A stretch of DNA of 64,000 bases from Malacoraja senta (lineage: Eukaryota): NCBI GenBank assembly GCA_038087875.1, contig CM075988.1, positions 22,942,001-23,006,000 on the forward strand, given 5' to 3'. Made by a program: the position numbers and the translations under genes. Positions 42,185 through 54,498 of the stretch are shown here, piece by piece. The notes under the pieces are model-generated. The model saw only the letters and a list, made by a program, of their open reading frames with translations. It had not been told where the DNA came from and ran no database searches. The first letter of the stretch is position 1, and every line of letters starts with the position of its first letter.

Positions 42185-42636
42185 TAACAAACTCATCAGG
42201 AAGGCTGGCTCCGTCCTGGGGGGCGGAGTTGGATTCACGGGAGGTTGGTCTTGGAGGGGAGGATGCTCCTCAAACTGCGGAGCACCCTGGACAATACAGC
42301 TCACCCCCTCCATGACACGCTGGTCAACCTGAGGAGCACCTTCAGCAATAGACTGGTTCCACCAAGATGCAGCACAGAACGCCACAGGATATCCTTCTTC
42401 CCTGTGGCTATCAAACTGTACGACTCCTCTCCATCTTATGTCGTGGGGTAGACTGAGACTGACTCCCCTCCCCGCCCCCCCTCCCCTCCCCCCTACCCCC
42501 ACCCTAATCTTTGCACATCCCCAATCCTTTCCACTCGTCACTTTAATTTCATGATTGATGTATTTTGTGTTTATATGACTGTTGGCAGATCAATTTCCCC
42601 CCTGGGATAAATAAAGTTACATCGTATCGCATCGTT
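42185..42636 (+). mobile_element. Rex1-type LINE 3' fragment
   Basis: LDNTAHPLHDTL...RCSTERHRISFFPVAIKLY; ggataaataaag + (atcgt)n tail. Confidence 0.8.
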
Positions 42637-42680
42637 TCCATTTTCTAAATACTACCTTACGTAGTCTGAAGAAGGGTTCT

Positions 42681-43658
42681 TTTTTATTTTTTTATTTTTA
42701 TTAGAAGTAAGTACAATGCATATTATGTACAGCTTCTTATTTTTATAATAAAGGAGAAAAAGAAAAAGAAGTTAGATAATGAAAAATAGAAAAATGTGAG
42801 ATATATAGTGTGTGAAAAAGGAAAATAGAGAGTGAAAGAAGAAAGTTAAGAAATAGAAAATAGAAAAAAAGAAAATAAAAGAAGAGAAAGAAAGAGAAAG
42901 AAAAAAAGAAGTAAGGAGATCGTATTTATAATCTTGACCATCCCTCGTCCAGTCACGAGTTAACTTTTACAATTGTGTTGCACCACATGATTCCAAAAAG
43001 ACGACAAATGGAGACCAACTCGTTGTGAATTTGTCAAATTTATCTATTAGGCGGAATCGCATTTCCTCAAGATGTGCGGTGTCCAACATACTTGCAATCC
43101 ACATTTTAAGCGTTGGTATTGGTGTATTTTTCCAAAATTTCAATAATAATTTTTTAGCTATTATTAAACCATAATTAAAAAATAATTTTTGAGATGGATT
43201 CAGTTTATTCCCATCTTCCATTACCCCAAATATAATCAATTCATTATTAGGTTCCATTTTTATCTTAAATAATTTTGTGAATATTTCAAAAATATCACTC
43301 CAAAATCTATGAAGTTTTATACAGGAAACAAAAGAGTGTGTTATAGTTGCATCTTGGGTTAAACATTTATCGCAAGTTGGGGATATATTTGGGTAAAATT
43401 TATTTAATCTTATTTTTGAGTAATACAATCTATGTAAAATTTTAAATTGAATTAGATTATGTCTTACATTAATCGAACATTTGTGAATATATGTCAAATA
43501 CTTTTCCCATGTAACCTTCGTAATTTTTATCGTTAATTCCCGTTCCCACTCTTCTCTAATTACCTCAGTCGCAGGTAAATCTATATTTAAAATACTATTA
43601 TATAAATATGTTATTAATTTTTGTGTATCAGCTTTAATATTCATTACTTCTTCCAATA
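42681..43658 (-). mobile_element. 5'-truncated L1 (ORF2 C-terminal zinc-knuckle region, 3'UTR, polyA)
   Basis: HNLIQFKILHRLYY...CDKC...THSFVSC; 12-bp TSD aagaagggttct at 42669..42680 and 43659..43670. Confidence 0.93.
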
Positions 43659-43920
43659 AAGAAGGGTTCTGAAAATGGCACCGAAATGGCACCCCTTCTT
43701 TTTCTCCAGAGATCTGCCTGACCCACTGAGTTACTCTTGCATTTTATGTCCATGCCACCTTACATATATATATATTTTGCGTATGAGCGACACTCAAATG
43801 TAATTCACTAATGCAACCCTGTCGCTACCCAGCAGAAAAATGTAGAGATTGGAAGTATTTGTAAGCAGGAACATGAAGAGAAACACTTTGCATTTATATA
43901 GCACCTTTATCAAAGTAAAG

Positions 43921-44247
43921 GTCGGCATGGTGGCGCAGCGGTATACTTACTGCCTTACAGCACCAGAGATCCACTTTCAATCCTGACTACGGGTGCTGTC
44001 TGGAGCCGCATACATATGCAGTTTGTACGTTCTCCCCGTGATCTGCGTGGGTTTTCCCCAAGATATTCAGTTTCTTCCCACACTCCAAAGACGTAAAGGT
44101 TTGTAGGTTAAGTGGCTTGGTATAAATGTACAATTGTTCCTAGTGTGTGTAGGGCAGTGTTAATGTATGGGGATCACTGGTCAGTGTGGACTCTGTGGGT
44201 TGAAGGACGTGTTTCCACGCTGTATCTCTAAACTAAACTAAACTAAA
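43921..44247 (+). mobile_element. HE1/V-SINE inserted in an old L2-type tail
   Basis: HE1 consensus; left flank catttatatagcacctt is an L2-type 3' end on the minus strand. Confidence 0.82.
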
Positions 44248-44279
44248 GTGCCCCAAAAACCTTTTAAAAAAACTTTTTA

Positions 44280-45905
44280 AAAATATTTTAATTTTATTAG
44301 AAGTAAGTACAATCATATAGCACCAAAGTGCCTAATATATATTGACGTAATACATTTTATGTGCAGCTTCTTTTTTTTTTAAATTATAATAAAGAAGAAA
44401 AAGAAAAAGAGAATAGATAATAGAAGATAGAAAAACGTGAGATATATAGTGTGTGAAAAAGAAAAAAAAGAGTGAAAGAAGAAAAGTGAAGAAAAGAAGA
44501 TAGAAAGAAAGAGAGTAGAAAATAAAAAAAGAAAAATAAGGAGATCATTATTTATAATCTTGACCATCCCCCACCCAGTTCTGGAACAGTTAACTTCTAC
44601 AATTGTGTTGCACCATATGCTTCCAAAAAGACGACAAATGGAGACCAACTCGTTAAGAATTGGTCTGATTTATCTATTAGGAGGAATCGCATTTCCTCAA
44701 GATGTGCGGTGTCCAACATGCTTGAAATCCACATTTTAAGCGTTGGTAATGGTGTATTTTTCCAGAATTTAAGTATTAGTTTTTTTGCTATTATTAAACC
44801 ATAATTAAAAAATAAATTTTGAGATGAGTTCAATTTATTCCCATCTTCCATTACTCCAAATATCATCATTTCAGTATTAGGTTCCATTTTTATCTTGAAT
44901 AACTTTGTAAATATTTCAAAAATATCACTCCAAAATTTATAAAATTGTATGCAGGAAACAAAAGAGTGTTATAGTTGTGTTTTGGGATAGACATTTATCA
45001 CAAATGGGGGATATATTTGGATAAAATTTATTCAATCAAGTTTTTGAATAATGTAATCTATGTAAAATTTTAAATTGAATTAAATTATGTCTTGCATTAA
45101 TCGAACATTTGTGTATATATATCAAATACTTTTCCCATGTAACCTTTGTAATTTTTATCATTTATTCCCGTTCCCACTCTTCTCTAAGTACCTCTGTCGA
45201 TGGTAGGTCTATATTTAAAATACTATTATATAAATATGATATTAATTTCTGTGAGTCAGCCTTAATATTCATTTCTTCTTCCAGTAAATCAAAAGTTATG
45301 TTTTGATATCCTTGTATGTATTTCTTCATGAAATCGCAAATCTGAAGATATTTAAAATATTGGTTATTTTTCAGTTTAAATTTTAATTGTAATTGTTGGA
45401 ATGGTAACAGGTTTCCCATTTCATACATATCACCGATCCTTTTAATTCCCATTCTTTCCCATTGGTTATATGTTTTATCAATAAGAGATGGTTTAAATGA
45501 AGGATTATTCACTATTGGCATTAACAATGATAGATTTCTTAATTTTAGAGATAATTTTATTTGTTTCCAAATTCTTATTGTATCATGTATAATTGGGTTC
45601 TTCTTATATATTGTGTTGTTCAGTTTTTTCGGGGAGAAGAGGATCGCTCCTATATTACAAGGAAAACAATCCTCTTTCTCCATTCTTATCCATTCTGTCT
45701 GTTGGGTAGAACTGTCCAACCAGTAAATTATATTCTTAACATGCACTGCCCAATAGTAATACAAAAGTTCGGGAGTGAAAGTCCCCTGACCTCTTTTAGT
45801 TTACATAAGTGTTTTTCTTTTAATTCTGTGTGATCTATAATCCCAAATAAAATTAGTAATATTAGAGTCTAATTAAAAAAAAAAAAATTGGGTATATAGA
45901 TAGAT
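44280..45905 (-). mobile_element. 5'-truncated, frameshifted L1 (same subfamily as 42681..43658)
   Basis: ORF pieces 45162..45764 and 44597..44887 are homologous to the C-terminal part of the L1 ORF2 at 51797..54079. Confidence 0.92.
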
Positions 45906-46960
45906 ATTTATTTGTTGTCATTTGAACCTGTTCAAACGAAATTCTGTTTCTGCAGTCATACAAACAAGTAAAAAGAACCAAGACACAACACAATTTACAC
46001 AAACATCCATCACAGTGAATCTCCTCCTCGCTGTGATGGAAGGCAAAGTCTTATCTCTCCCCTGCACTCCACATTCTCCTCCCGATGTCAAAGTCAAAGT
46101 CCCCGGCGGGCGATTGTAGATATAATAATAATAATAATGGATGGGATTTATATAGCGCCTTTCTAATACTCAAGGCGCTTTACATCGCATTATTCATTCA
46201 CTCCTCAGTCACACTCGGTGGTGGTGAGCTACTTCTGTAGCCACAGCTGCCCTGGGGCAGACTGACGGAAGCGTGGCTGCTAATCTGCGCCTACGGCCCC
46301 TCCGACCACCACCAATCACTCACACACATTCACACACATTCACACACATTCACACGCAGGCAAAGGTGGGTGAAGTGACTTGCCCAAGGACACAACGACA
46401 TTATGCACTCCAAGCGGGATTCGAACCGGCTACCTTCCGGTTGCCAGCCGAACACTTAGCCCATTGCGCCATCTGTCGTCCTGCGATATGTCCCGCGGCC
46501 ATTAAAGCCGCGCCGGGCGATGCAAGGCCACGCTCCGGGTCTTGATGTTGTAGCCCCCGGTAGCGCCAGCAAGTCCCACGGCCACCAATGCCGCGCCGGG
46601 CGATGCCAGACCCCGCTCCAGGTCATCCTCAACCCCGCAACTCGGGCGGGAGTAGCTGCCGTTGCGGGAGCCCCGAAAAGCGGTCTCCCACCATGGACCC
46701 GCGAGCTCCCGATGTTACCATCCACCAGACCTGTGGCTGAAGCCTCCGAATCTCCGGGGTCGGGTAGCAGCAGCGCGCCACCACAGCTCCTCCCGCTCCG
46801 AACTCGGCCAGCTCCACGATGGTGAGTAGTCCGCAGGCTCCGCGACTGGAGCCCCAGGTCGTTCCAGTTGGAGGCCGCTCCACGGTGCTAGGCCCCAACG
46901 ACAACGGAGACCCGACAGAGAAAGGTCGGGTCTCCCGTGCAGGGAAAAGATTTTAAAAGG
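45906..46960. mobile_element. Unclassified GC/CpG-rich interspersed repeat, split by a SINE
   Basis: Abrupt CpG-rich segment with internal repeat gccgcgccgggcgatgc (two copies) inside a nested TE stack. Confidence 0.4.
46122..46481 (-). mobile_element. AFC-like tRNA/CORE SINE with L2-type tail
   Basis: Minus strand: tggcgcaatgg A box, ggttcgaatccc B box, gtcgttgtgtccttgggcaagtcacttcaccc core, gccccagggcagctgtggctac block, tgtaaagcgccttgag...aaggcgctatataaat tail, (att)n. Confidence 0.85.
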
Positions 46961-49793
46961 TTATTAAACAAAACTTCACACATAAGAATGTACCAGGGCA
47001 GGCGATCAAAAACGTTGTCAAAGTGCAATTACTGTACAGCATCTTCATGAGGGGTGTAGAGTCTTGTATGGAAATTGTATGAGATTCCACATAAACAATG
47101 GCCATTTGATCTAATATACGCTTTTTAAAATGATTTAATGATTGGGTTGCAATGGTTTTTTACAGAGAACAAACAGTGTGAAGAATAAAACTTGGCCTCA
47201 ACGCAGTTAAATCATTTTGTTTAAACCAAGAATAGCCAGAACATTCTTGGTGAGGTTCCTGTTTGTTAAACTAATGCAAGCAAACTTGTAGCGTACTTTG
47301 GCACGTACATAGAACATAGGACAATTCACACAGGAACAGGCCCTTCAGCCCATAATATCTGCATCGAACATGATGCCAAGACCATCTCTTATCTGCCCGC
47401 ACAATCCATATCCCACCATTCCCTGCATATCCATAGGCCTATCCAAAAGCCTCTTGGATAATACTCTAATTTGTTGCCCGTAACAAGGCACTTTCTGCAG
47501 TAATCAACATGAAGCAAATCTCATTTCATGCGTTTATGCCAACTGTATTCTATTTCTATAAGATGTGTTCTATTCTGTATTCAACTTAGACATAGAATCT
47601 TACAGCTGGGAACAGACCCTTTGGCCCAATTTATCCACACTGACCAAGATGCCACATTTATGCTGCAGGAAGGAGCTGCAGATGCTGGTTTAAACCGGAT
47701 AGAGACAAAAAGCTGGAGTAACTCAACGGGACAGGCAGCATCTCTGGATCGAAGGAATGGGTGACGTTTTGGGTCGAGACCCTTCTAAGGTCTGCCCCGC
47801 TGAGTTACTCCAGCTTTTTGTGTCGATCTTCAGCTACATTAATGCTGGTCCCATTTAGTTGTGTTTGGCCCAAATCCCTCAAAAGCCCACCGGGTCGGCC
47901 CACCGAGCTCGTGCCGACCAGCGATCCCCGCATGTTAACACCACACTACACACAATAGTCAAGTCAAGTCAAGTCACATTTATTTATATAGCACATTTTA
48001 AAAAACAACTCTCGTTGGCCAAAGTGCTTTACATTTGTTATAAGAATAGCATAAACAATACAAACTACATACATATATACATGTAGCCCTCACTCAGAGG
48101 ACGTCAGGGACAATAGGGACAATTTTACATTTATACAAAGCCAATTAACCTACAAACCTGTATGTCTTTGGGGTGTGGGAGGAAACCGAAGATCTCGGAG
48201 AAAACCCACGCAGGTCACGGGGAGAACGCACAAGCTCTGTACAGACAAGCACCCGTGGTCAGGTTCGAAACCGGGTGTCTGGCGCTGTGAGGCAGCAACT
48301 CTACCTCCGTGCCACCGTGTCTTTTGTACCTTTATCGTACCCACTTCCTCTGACAGCTCATTCCTTGTACCCACCACCCTTTGCGAGAACCAACCTCCTC
48401 TGGGTTGTGGCATCAACTCTGAAGATGTCCACATTGAGAGGGTCTAACTTTGACACTGCTCGCGTTACCCCAGTGACTACATTGTGGAAGTTGCTTCATT
48501 TGCTGTAAAGGGCTTTGGGGCGTACTCACAGGAACATAAGAGGTGCTATCGAAATGCAAATCTTTATTTGTTTTGTTACCAGATTAAAAGTTTAGATACT
48601 TAAGTTGAATGAAGGGATGGTATCATCAGTCTGTACTCCCTTTGGAGACCAACTTTGCAACCTGCTGTATTTTTTGGCTAAGTGGCACTTTGCAATCTGC
48701 TTTTCTTTTCTTTTTCCAGCAGCACTTGTGAGCACTAATCTTCTTCTAAATGGACTGCACACATAAGGATGTGTTTTTCTCTACAAGACTGGAACACTTG
48801 CAATGTGATCAGAGCAAATTCAAAGCACATCCAGGTCGGGGGCAGCAGCAATCCCCACTCTGGTGCATCAGCCCCAGCTCCGCAACCCTTCCTATCACTC
48901 TGGCTCACCTGAATGCCCACTAACTCAATAGGTGCTGGAGTAGGCCATTTAGTCCTTGAGGCAACTCACGGAGATTTACACTGGCTGCCCAGGTCCACCT
49001 TCCTCATGGTGCGTGATTCCTCCCCAACTTAAATATAAGGTCATAAGGTCATAAGTGATAGGAGTAGAATTAGGCCATTCAGCCCATCAAGTCTACTCCA
49101 CCATTCAATCATAGCTGATCTATCTCTCCCTCCTAACCCCATTCTCCTGCCTTCTCCCCATAACCTCTGACACCCAAACTAATCAAGAATCTATCTATCT
49201 CTGCCTTAAATATATTCACTGACTTGGCCTCCACAGCCTTCTGTATATGTATCCGTATATGTATATGTATCCAAGTGCTTATGTCTAGTGATACTTGTAC
49301 TGAACTGTGTACACAGATTAATTTCACTGTACATATGACAATTAAAGTACCATACCATACCTACTTCAGCTCAACTGTTGCTGAAATTCTCTTCCCATCT
49401 TTGTTATTTTGAGTCTCAACCACTGCAACATGCTCTCACCTAGTCTCCCCCATTCTATGGCGCATACGACTGGGGTATCCCACCCCCAGGCTGGCCACAC
49501 TGGCTCCTTGCAAAGCTCCCAAGGACTCTTCGATTAATTGTAAGAAACAGCATGGAAATAGACCCTTTAGCCCAATGAAGGTAGACACAAAATGCTGGAG
49601 TAACTCAGCGGGACACGCAGCATCTCTGGAGAGAAGGAATGGGGCTCCAGCATTTTGTGTCTACCTTCGATTTAAACCAGCATCTGCAGTTCTTTCCTAC
49701 ACACTTTAGCCCAACGGGTCCTTGCTGACCATCAATCATCCATTCACACTAGTTCCACATTATCCCACTTTTGCAATTTAAAGTCTTTAAAAC

Positions 49794-50357
49794 CAAGCCT
49801 GTCCCACTTGGGTGACCTAATCCGCGAAGTCTGGCGAGTTTGCCCTCGACTCATACCCGCAGCATGGTCGACACGAGGTCGTAGGAGGTCTTTGTAACTC
49901 TCCTTCATGCTCGAGAGTGGTCTCCGCGTACTCGAGGCCTCAGCTAGGTTGCGGTGTTTTTTTCAATATGTTAAAAAATGCCCGCGAGTAAAAAAAGGTC
50001 GCCATGGAAAAAATCGATACTTTTTTTACTCGTAGGTTTAGTCGTAGTAGGTCGGCATGTTAGTCGTAGGTAATCGAGGGTAGTCGAAGGTAGTCGAAGG
50101 AAGTCGTAGATAGTCTTCATCATTATTTGAAGGGAGGTCGAAGGGAGGTCGAAGGAGATCGAAGGAGGTCGTCTTCACTCTCCACTATTCGGTGTCCAAT
50201 TTTCCCGAAGTTAGTCGTAGTTAGTCGAAGCTGGTCTTCAACATAGTCGAAGGAGGTCGAAGGAGGTCTTCTACATAGTCGAAGGAGGTCTTCAACATGT
50301 CATTTTTTCAAACTCTTCTAAACTCGCCAATTAGGTCGCCCAAGTGGGACAGCCCCT
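49794..50357. mobile_element. Harbinger-like MITE with internal gtcgaagg(a/t)ag tandem repeats
   Basis: TIRs CTGTCCCACTTGGG(T/C)GACCTAAT at both ends, related to the 19675 family; followed by TAA. Confidence 0.8.
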
Positions 50358-50748
50358 TAATATTGTACTAATATTGTACTGAGCCTTCCAAGACTCAGCA
50401 TCCGTGTTTGTTTGATGGCGCTCCTGTGCCCTGTGATATTCTGATGATGGTGTTAAAGGAGCTATATCAATGGAAGCAGATGTTGCTGTTGTAGGGACAA
50501 GATATGCTGCCATACTCCTTGCATTACTGTCGCCCCTAGTTACTTTGAATGTGCTGCTTGTCTCATTTGGAAGGAATAACGATACTGGATTCAAACTTTG
50601 TTGTTAAGGACTAAATTCTAGTAGTTATCTACAGTGTTCTCATCAATAAACCTCTCCGGAGCATTTTGTTATCGAGTTGGGAGACGATCATTAAAAGCTG
50701 AAAATCAAAAATAACTGCAGATGCTGGCGATTCTTAAATTAAAAACCG

Positions 50749-51441
50749 AAGTTTGTGGGGTTTGTCCCCGAATTCGAAGTGTTCTTGTTTTGTGATTTGA
50801 AATAATGTTATAACTTTCTCTGACAGTAATTTATTTAACTGAAATTTCAGTAGTAGTATTTTATTATGTTTATCCATAGTTGGGTCTTTAGCATTATCTA
50901 TATCTAACTGTTTTATTTGATCTTCTAAGTGTCTTTGTTCATTCTTATTCTTTTTATTTTGATAAGCTTGAAATGAAATAATGACTCCTCTTATAAATGC
51001 TTTGAAGGATTCCCATAATAACGTGGGGGATATCTCTGGTGTATCATTTAACTCAAAAAATAGATCCATCTGTTTTTTTAGATAGATACTCCCTTGAGGG
51101 TCTTTTAAAATTTGTGAGTTAAACCTCCAGAACGGTTTATTCATAGACATTCCTTCTAGTTTTAGAACAAAAGTTAACGGAGAATGATCTGAGATCGCAT
51201 TAATATGATATTTAGGATTCAGAGATTGCGAAATTAATTTTGTATCCACAAGAAAATAGTCTATCCGTGAATATGTTTTATGCACCATTGAATAAAACGA
51301 GTAATCCCTTCCCGTCGGGTTTGCAATCCTCCATACATCTGTTATATTTGTGTTTTCCATATATGTGTGTAAGAGTTCACTGGTTTTAGATTTCGTCTGA
51401 CCTTTTTGTTTTTGCATCGATTTATCTGAATAAGGATCTAT
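50749..51441 (-). pseudogene. Inverted L1 ORF2 apurinic-type endonuclease C-terminal half and linker
   Basis: DVWR..P..YSFYS..YSRIDY..ISDHSP..WRFN..LWESFKA..RG..EFGDKPHKL. Confidence 0.9.
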
Positions 51442-54400
51442 AGCACGACAACTTAAAAAACGGGAAAAAGAGAATGCAATATTAAAGATTAAATCAGATA
51501 GAGGGGAAGTATTAACACTACCCAAGGATATTAATAAAAGATTTGCTCAATTTTACCAGAATCTATACACATCTAAAACGTCAATAGACAATAATAAAAT
51601 CTCAGAATTTTTAGATAATTGTAATCTACCACAATTAGAACGCAGGGAACAAGAGGAACTGGGAGCACAAATTACTTCTAAGGAGATAGAAGACACAATA
51701 AAAACACTAAAAAATGGAAAAACACCAGGACCAGACGGATTCAGTAATGAATTTTATAAATCTTTTTATGATATAGTTACTCCACGATTACAAAAAATGT
51801 ATACATATGCTTATAAAGAGCAAAACCTACCTGAAACACTAGCGGAATCAACGATCATATTAATACTTAAAAAAGATAAAAATATAGAAGAACCAGGATC
51901 ATATAGAGCTATTGCTTTGTTAAATACGGATCAGAAAATAATAGCAAAAACATTAGCCAATAGATTAAGCAAGTATGTTAGTAGACTAATACATGAGGAT
52001 CAAACAGGATTTATACCTAAGAGACACTCATTTAATAATTTGAGACGTTTGCTTAACATAATGCATTCACATAAATCTGATGACCAAGAGTTAGCTATCA
52101 TCTCACTGGACGCAGAAAAAGCGTTTGATCAAGTAGAATGGGACTATATGATCAAAGTATTGCAAAAATTCCAATTGGGAGAAAACTTTATTGCATGGAT
52201 AAAACTACTATATAACAAACCTACGGCTAGAATACTAACTAATAATATATTATCTTCAAAATTCGAATTATCTAGGGGCAACAGACAAGGATGTTCACTA
52301 TCACCGCTGTTATTTGCTTTGGTAATTGAACCCCTTGCTGAAAAAATAAGAACACACTCGAATATTCACGGTTATAACACAAAATATTCAAACAACAAAC
52401 TATCCCTATATGCTGATGATGTACTACTGTACATCACAAAACCACAAATTAGTATACCAAATATATTAAACTTAATTGAGGACTTTGGATCCTTTTCAGG
52501 ATATAGAATAAATTGGAACAAAAGTGAAATTATGTCGATTAAACCAAAAGACTCAACACATCTCAGGAAATTCCCTTTTAAAATAGCTATGGAAAAATTC
52601 AAATATTTAGGAATTGAGATTACTAGAAATTACCATGATATGTTTAAAGCTAATTATAATCCCCTACTTAAGAAATTAAATAATCTGATTAAATTTTGGA
52701 AAACACTTCCGATGTCCTTAATAGGTAGGATAAATGCTATAAAAATGATTTTCTTGCCACAAATCCTTTACCTATTTCAATCAATACCTATATATCTCCC
52801 AAAAAAGTTTTTCAAAAAACTGGACTCAGACATTACAAATTTTATATGGGATTACAAATCCCACAGAATACAAAGAACACACCTTAACAAACGAAAAGAG
52901 TTGGGGGGTCTAGCGCTCCCTAACTTTATGTATTATAACTGGGCAGTAAATATTAAAAATATGATTCACCTGCTGGACAATTCTGCCCAGCAGGTGGACT
53001 GGATTATAATGGAAAAAGGGGATTGCTCCCCGAATAATATAGGAGCGATTATTCTCTCTCCAATAAATTTGAATAATAAAAATTATAATAAAAATCCAAT
53101 TATATATAGCACTATTAGAACATGGAAGCAAATAAAACAGAATCTAAAATTAAGAAACCTATCTCTCTTAATACCAATAGTCAATAACCCATCGTTTAAA
53201 CCTTCAATCATAGATAAAGCATTTATACAATGGGAAAGAATGGGAATTAAAACGCTCGAAGATCTGTATGAATTAGAAAAATTACTATCATTCCAACAAC
53301 TACAACTGAAATATAATTTGAAAAATAATCAATATTTTAAATATCTACAAATCTGTGACTATTTGAAAACACACACAAAAGATTATTATAATATGCCTTC
53401 CGACTTACTAGATGAAGCAATGAAGACAAAGGCGGAATCAGTTAATTTAATATCATACTTATATAATATCATCTTAAATATAGAAATACCCACAACAGAT
53501 GGAATTAGAAGAGATTGGGAACAAGATCTAGGTATAAAAATTTCAAAAGAGAGTTGGGATAATCATTTATTACAGGTGCATAAATGCTCGATCAACGTAC
53601 GACATACGCTTATCCAATTTAAAACATTACATAGATTATATTATTCAAAAACCAAACTAAATAAAATCTTTCCTAACGTCTCACCAATCTGTGATAAATG
53701 TATATGTCAAGAAGCTACCATAGCACATTCTTTTGTTTTTTGTACAAAAATCCAAAAATTCTGGTTTGAAATATTTGATATTTTTTCAAAATTAATCAAA
53801 ATAAAACTGGTACCAAAACCAGAATGGATTATTTTTGGAATATCGGAAGGTATTCCTGAATTAAACGTGTATCAGAAGAATTTACTCAATTATGGGCTAA
53901 TAATGGGAAAAAAGCTTATACTTAAATTCTGGAAAAATGCGCCCACACCAACAATAAAAATGTGGACATCAAATATGTTGGAAACATTACATCTGGAAGA
54001 GATGAGATTCCTCCTAGTAGGCAAAGTAGATCAATTTCAAAAGACGTGGTCTACGTTTTTGGACCTATTACAAGCATGAGGTGCAATAGTAATTTAGAAA
54101 AACAAATAAATAAATAAAAGGTATCTGGACCTGGTAATGGGAGGTAAAATAAAAACAGACTTGGTTGGTAGTTCCTTCTCTATGAAGTATGGTATAAGAA
54201 GTATAATAGAGCGATTGTTCCTTCTTTCTTTCTCTTTTTTTTTCTAGGGTCTATTTTCTAACTTTACTTCCTTCTCTAACTTCTTTTCTAAGGGGCTTTC
54301 TTTTCCCAACACTCTTTTGCACTTCACAACCTTTGTGCACTTTCTTCACTTTTCTTACTTCTTTCTTTTTCTTTCTTAAAGATTAAAAAAGTGAAGCGGT

Positions 54401-54498
54401 ACAAAAAATGTATTAATATATACGTGTTGTACATTACTGTAATCTACCGTACTTCTAAAAAATAAAAAAAATTAAAAAAAAATAAATAAATAAAAAAA
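50754..54498 (+). mobile_element. Young 5'-truncated, 5'-inverted L1 (twin-priming structure)
   Basis: Inverted endonuclease segment ~50754..51441 (-), forward ORF2 51443..54079, 3'UTR and polyA; 18-bp TSD aaattaaaaaccgaagtt at 50736..50753 and 54499..54516. Confidence 0.95.
51443..54079 (+). CDS. L1 ORF2 reverse transcriptase + C-terminal zinc knuckle (N-terminally truncated, no stops)
   Basis: KTPGPDGF, SLDAEKAFD, RQGCSLSPLLF, YADD, CDKC...HSFVFC motifs; frame open from 51443. Confidence 0.92.
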   Translation, partial: ARQLKKREKENAILKIKSDRGEVLTLPKDINKRFAQFYQNLYTSKTSIDNNKISEFLDNCNLPQLERREQEELGAQITSKEIEDTIKTLKNGKTPGPDGFSNEFYKSFYDIVTPRLQKMYTYAYKEQNLPETLAESTIILILKKDKNIEEPGSYRAIALLNTDQKIIAKTLANRLSKYVSRLIHEDQTGFIPKRHSFNNLRRLLNIMHSHKSDDQELAIISLDAEKAFDQVEWDYMIKVLQKFQLGENFIAWIKLLYNKPTARILTNNILSSKFELSRGNRQGCSLSPLLFALVIEPLAEKIRTHSNIHGYNTKYSNNKLSLYADDVLLYITKPQISIPNILNLIEDFGSFSGYRINWNKSEIMSIKPKDSTHLRKFPFKIAMEKFKYLGIEITRNYHDMFKANYNPLLKKLNNLIKFWKTLPMSLIGRINAIKMIFLPQILYLFQSIPIYLPKKFFKKLDSDITNFIWDYKSHRIQRTHLNKRKELGGLALPNFMYYNWAVNIKNMIHLLDNSAQQVDWIIMEKGDCSPNNIGAIILSPINLNNKNYNKNPIIYSTIRTWKQIKQNLKLRNLSLLIPIVNNPSFKPSIIDKAFIQWERMGIKTLEDLYELEKLLSFQQLQLKYNLKNNQYFKYLQICDYLKTHTKDYYNMPSDLLDEAMKTKAESVNLISYLYNIILNIEIPTTDGIRRDWEQDLGIKISKESWDNHLLQVHKCSINVRHTLIQFKTLHRLYYSKTKLNKIFPNVSPICDKCICQEATIAHSFVFCTKIQKFWFEIFDIFSKLIKIKLVPKPEWIIFGISEGIPELNVYQKNLLNYGLIMGKKLILKFWKNAPTPTIKMWTSNMLETLHLEEMRFLLVGKVDQFQKTWSTFLDLLQA

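Noticed and set aside
50030..50300. Short repeats gtcgaaggag resembling a CRISPR-like array
   Set aside because: No unique spacers; tandem repeats inside a MITE in a vertebrate genome
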